Below, piece by piece: positions 62,907 to 64,000 of a stretch of DNA of 64,000 bases. The notes beneath the pieces were generated by a model that made no database searches, was not told where the DNA came from, and saw only the letters and a list, made by a program, of their open reading frames with translations. Positions within the stretch are counted from its first letter, which is position 1; each line of letters opens with the position of its first letter. The DNA is from Aplysia californica (taxonomy: Eukaryota). The position numbers and the translations under genes are program-made. The stretch is from contig NW_004797413.1 in NCBI RefSeq assembly GCF_000002075.1, positions 890,549 to 954,548 of the forward strand, read 5' to 3'.

Positions 62907-63068
62907 TGTGTGGAATATACATACATGTGACTGTGTGGAATATGCATACATGTTACAGTGTGGAATATACATACATGTGACTGTGTGGAATATACATACA
63001 TGTGACTGTGTGGAATATACATATGTGTGACAGTGTGGAATATACATACATGTGACTGTGTGGAATAC
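62907..63068. repeat. 25-bp tandem repeat next to a ~900-nt assembly gap
   Basis: tgtgtggaatatacatacatgtgac repeated ~6 times; probably continues into the gap. Confidence 0.9.
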
Positions 63069-64000
63069 AGCCTGCTGCGCTACCTGCCAACCTGGGCAGT
63101 GTCTCCCGCTGGTGGGTAATTAAATTTGCTACTTTTGGTGACGCCCCGCTTGGAAATACATGTAGGTGAGAGGTACGAAAATGTAATTCTCTTAAAGGTG
63201 GCAAAAGTGGGCAGTGGCTATACAAAGGTAGTTGTTTACTGTGAACAGTGGAGTTATCGCAGTGGGAAGTTTTATCCTGTCATTTGCTCAGTCTTGCATA
63301 GGGTGATTCAGGCCAAAATTTTTGTGTGAATGTGCAAGGATGTTAGTTTATTATAAGGAAGAGTTTTACCGCACTCGCAACACCAATAGGATCATCCAAG
63401 TGCCGAAAATTTAAAAAGTGTTGCTAGAGAGTTACATACAAAAAAAAAAAAGGAAGTGAAGAGAAAAGGATGATGCTCAGAAATTTGACAGGAAGGGAGC
63501 AAACCGCACAAGAACACCCACCTGCACGGAAAGTGTCACAATCAACTGACCCCTAGTTGAATGAAAATCTCATGACTCATTCTGTGTCCGACGTATTGTG
63601 AAAGAGCAATAACTCTCTACTCCTCTGTTACGTATGGTTAAGATAAAAGAAGGTCAACTTCTTCTCCTCATTTCTTAAAACATGAAGTTGGCAGTGTGTA
63701 TATAAATTATAAATAATATGTACAACTTGTTAGAACATTCCTTTCATTTCGTCTCCTTTCATTTTGTCTTTGACTTTGAAGTATTTCATTTTGTGCGGTT
63801 AATATAGTTCATGTTTCATTACTTTTTCTTCAGACAACAGCATTGCACATACAGCATTGCACATATTATCAATCTATAACAGAACATTTTGAAAAGATAT
63901 GGGAATCTCTGTCTAGAGCTATTGAAAGCAGAAATTAAACTTGGTGCAAACTGTGTTCCATTGCATGTTCTGAGCTGTAATACTGATTTTCATCTCTGGT

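Noticed and set aside
61927-63047. 300+ aa ORFs full of X, and similar ORFs at other gaps
   Set aside because: Artefacts of N runs in the assembly.

Overview
AT-rich, repeat-rich eukaryotic (animal) genomic DNA with several assembly gaps. Protein similarity and abundant TCTAGA/AGATCT repeats suggest a gastropod mollusc such as Aplysia (inference). Three intron-containing genes were rebuilt exon by exon by hand, all with GT-AG junctions and consistent phases. (1) A GT8-family glycosyltransferase (GLT8D1-like, + strand, 10 coding exons, 13004-22516, 361 aa). (2) A selenoprotein L gene (- strand, 9 coding exons, 36782-29227, 314 aa) that the ORF track breaks up because its redox motif RHFA-U-LP-U-RDH uses two in-frame TGA codons; a well-formed type II SECIS lies in its 3' UTR at 28391-28466. 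(3) A presenilin (+ strand, 11 coding exons, 43619-60428, 581 aa) arranged head-to-head with SelL. A ~1.8 kb inverted duplication at 2.6-7.8 kb carries two diverged copies of an unrecognised 101-aa secreted four-cysteine protein. Three minisatellites are built from amplified exon/intron junctions, giving arrays of decoy splice sites. Other repeats include tRNA-derived SINEs, LINE 3' ends, MULE-, Harbinger-, piggyBac-like and TA-flanked MITEs, and a decayed Sola-like transposase.
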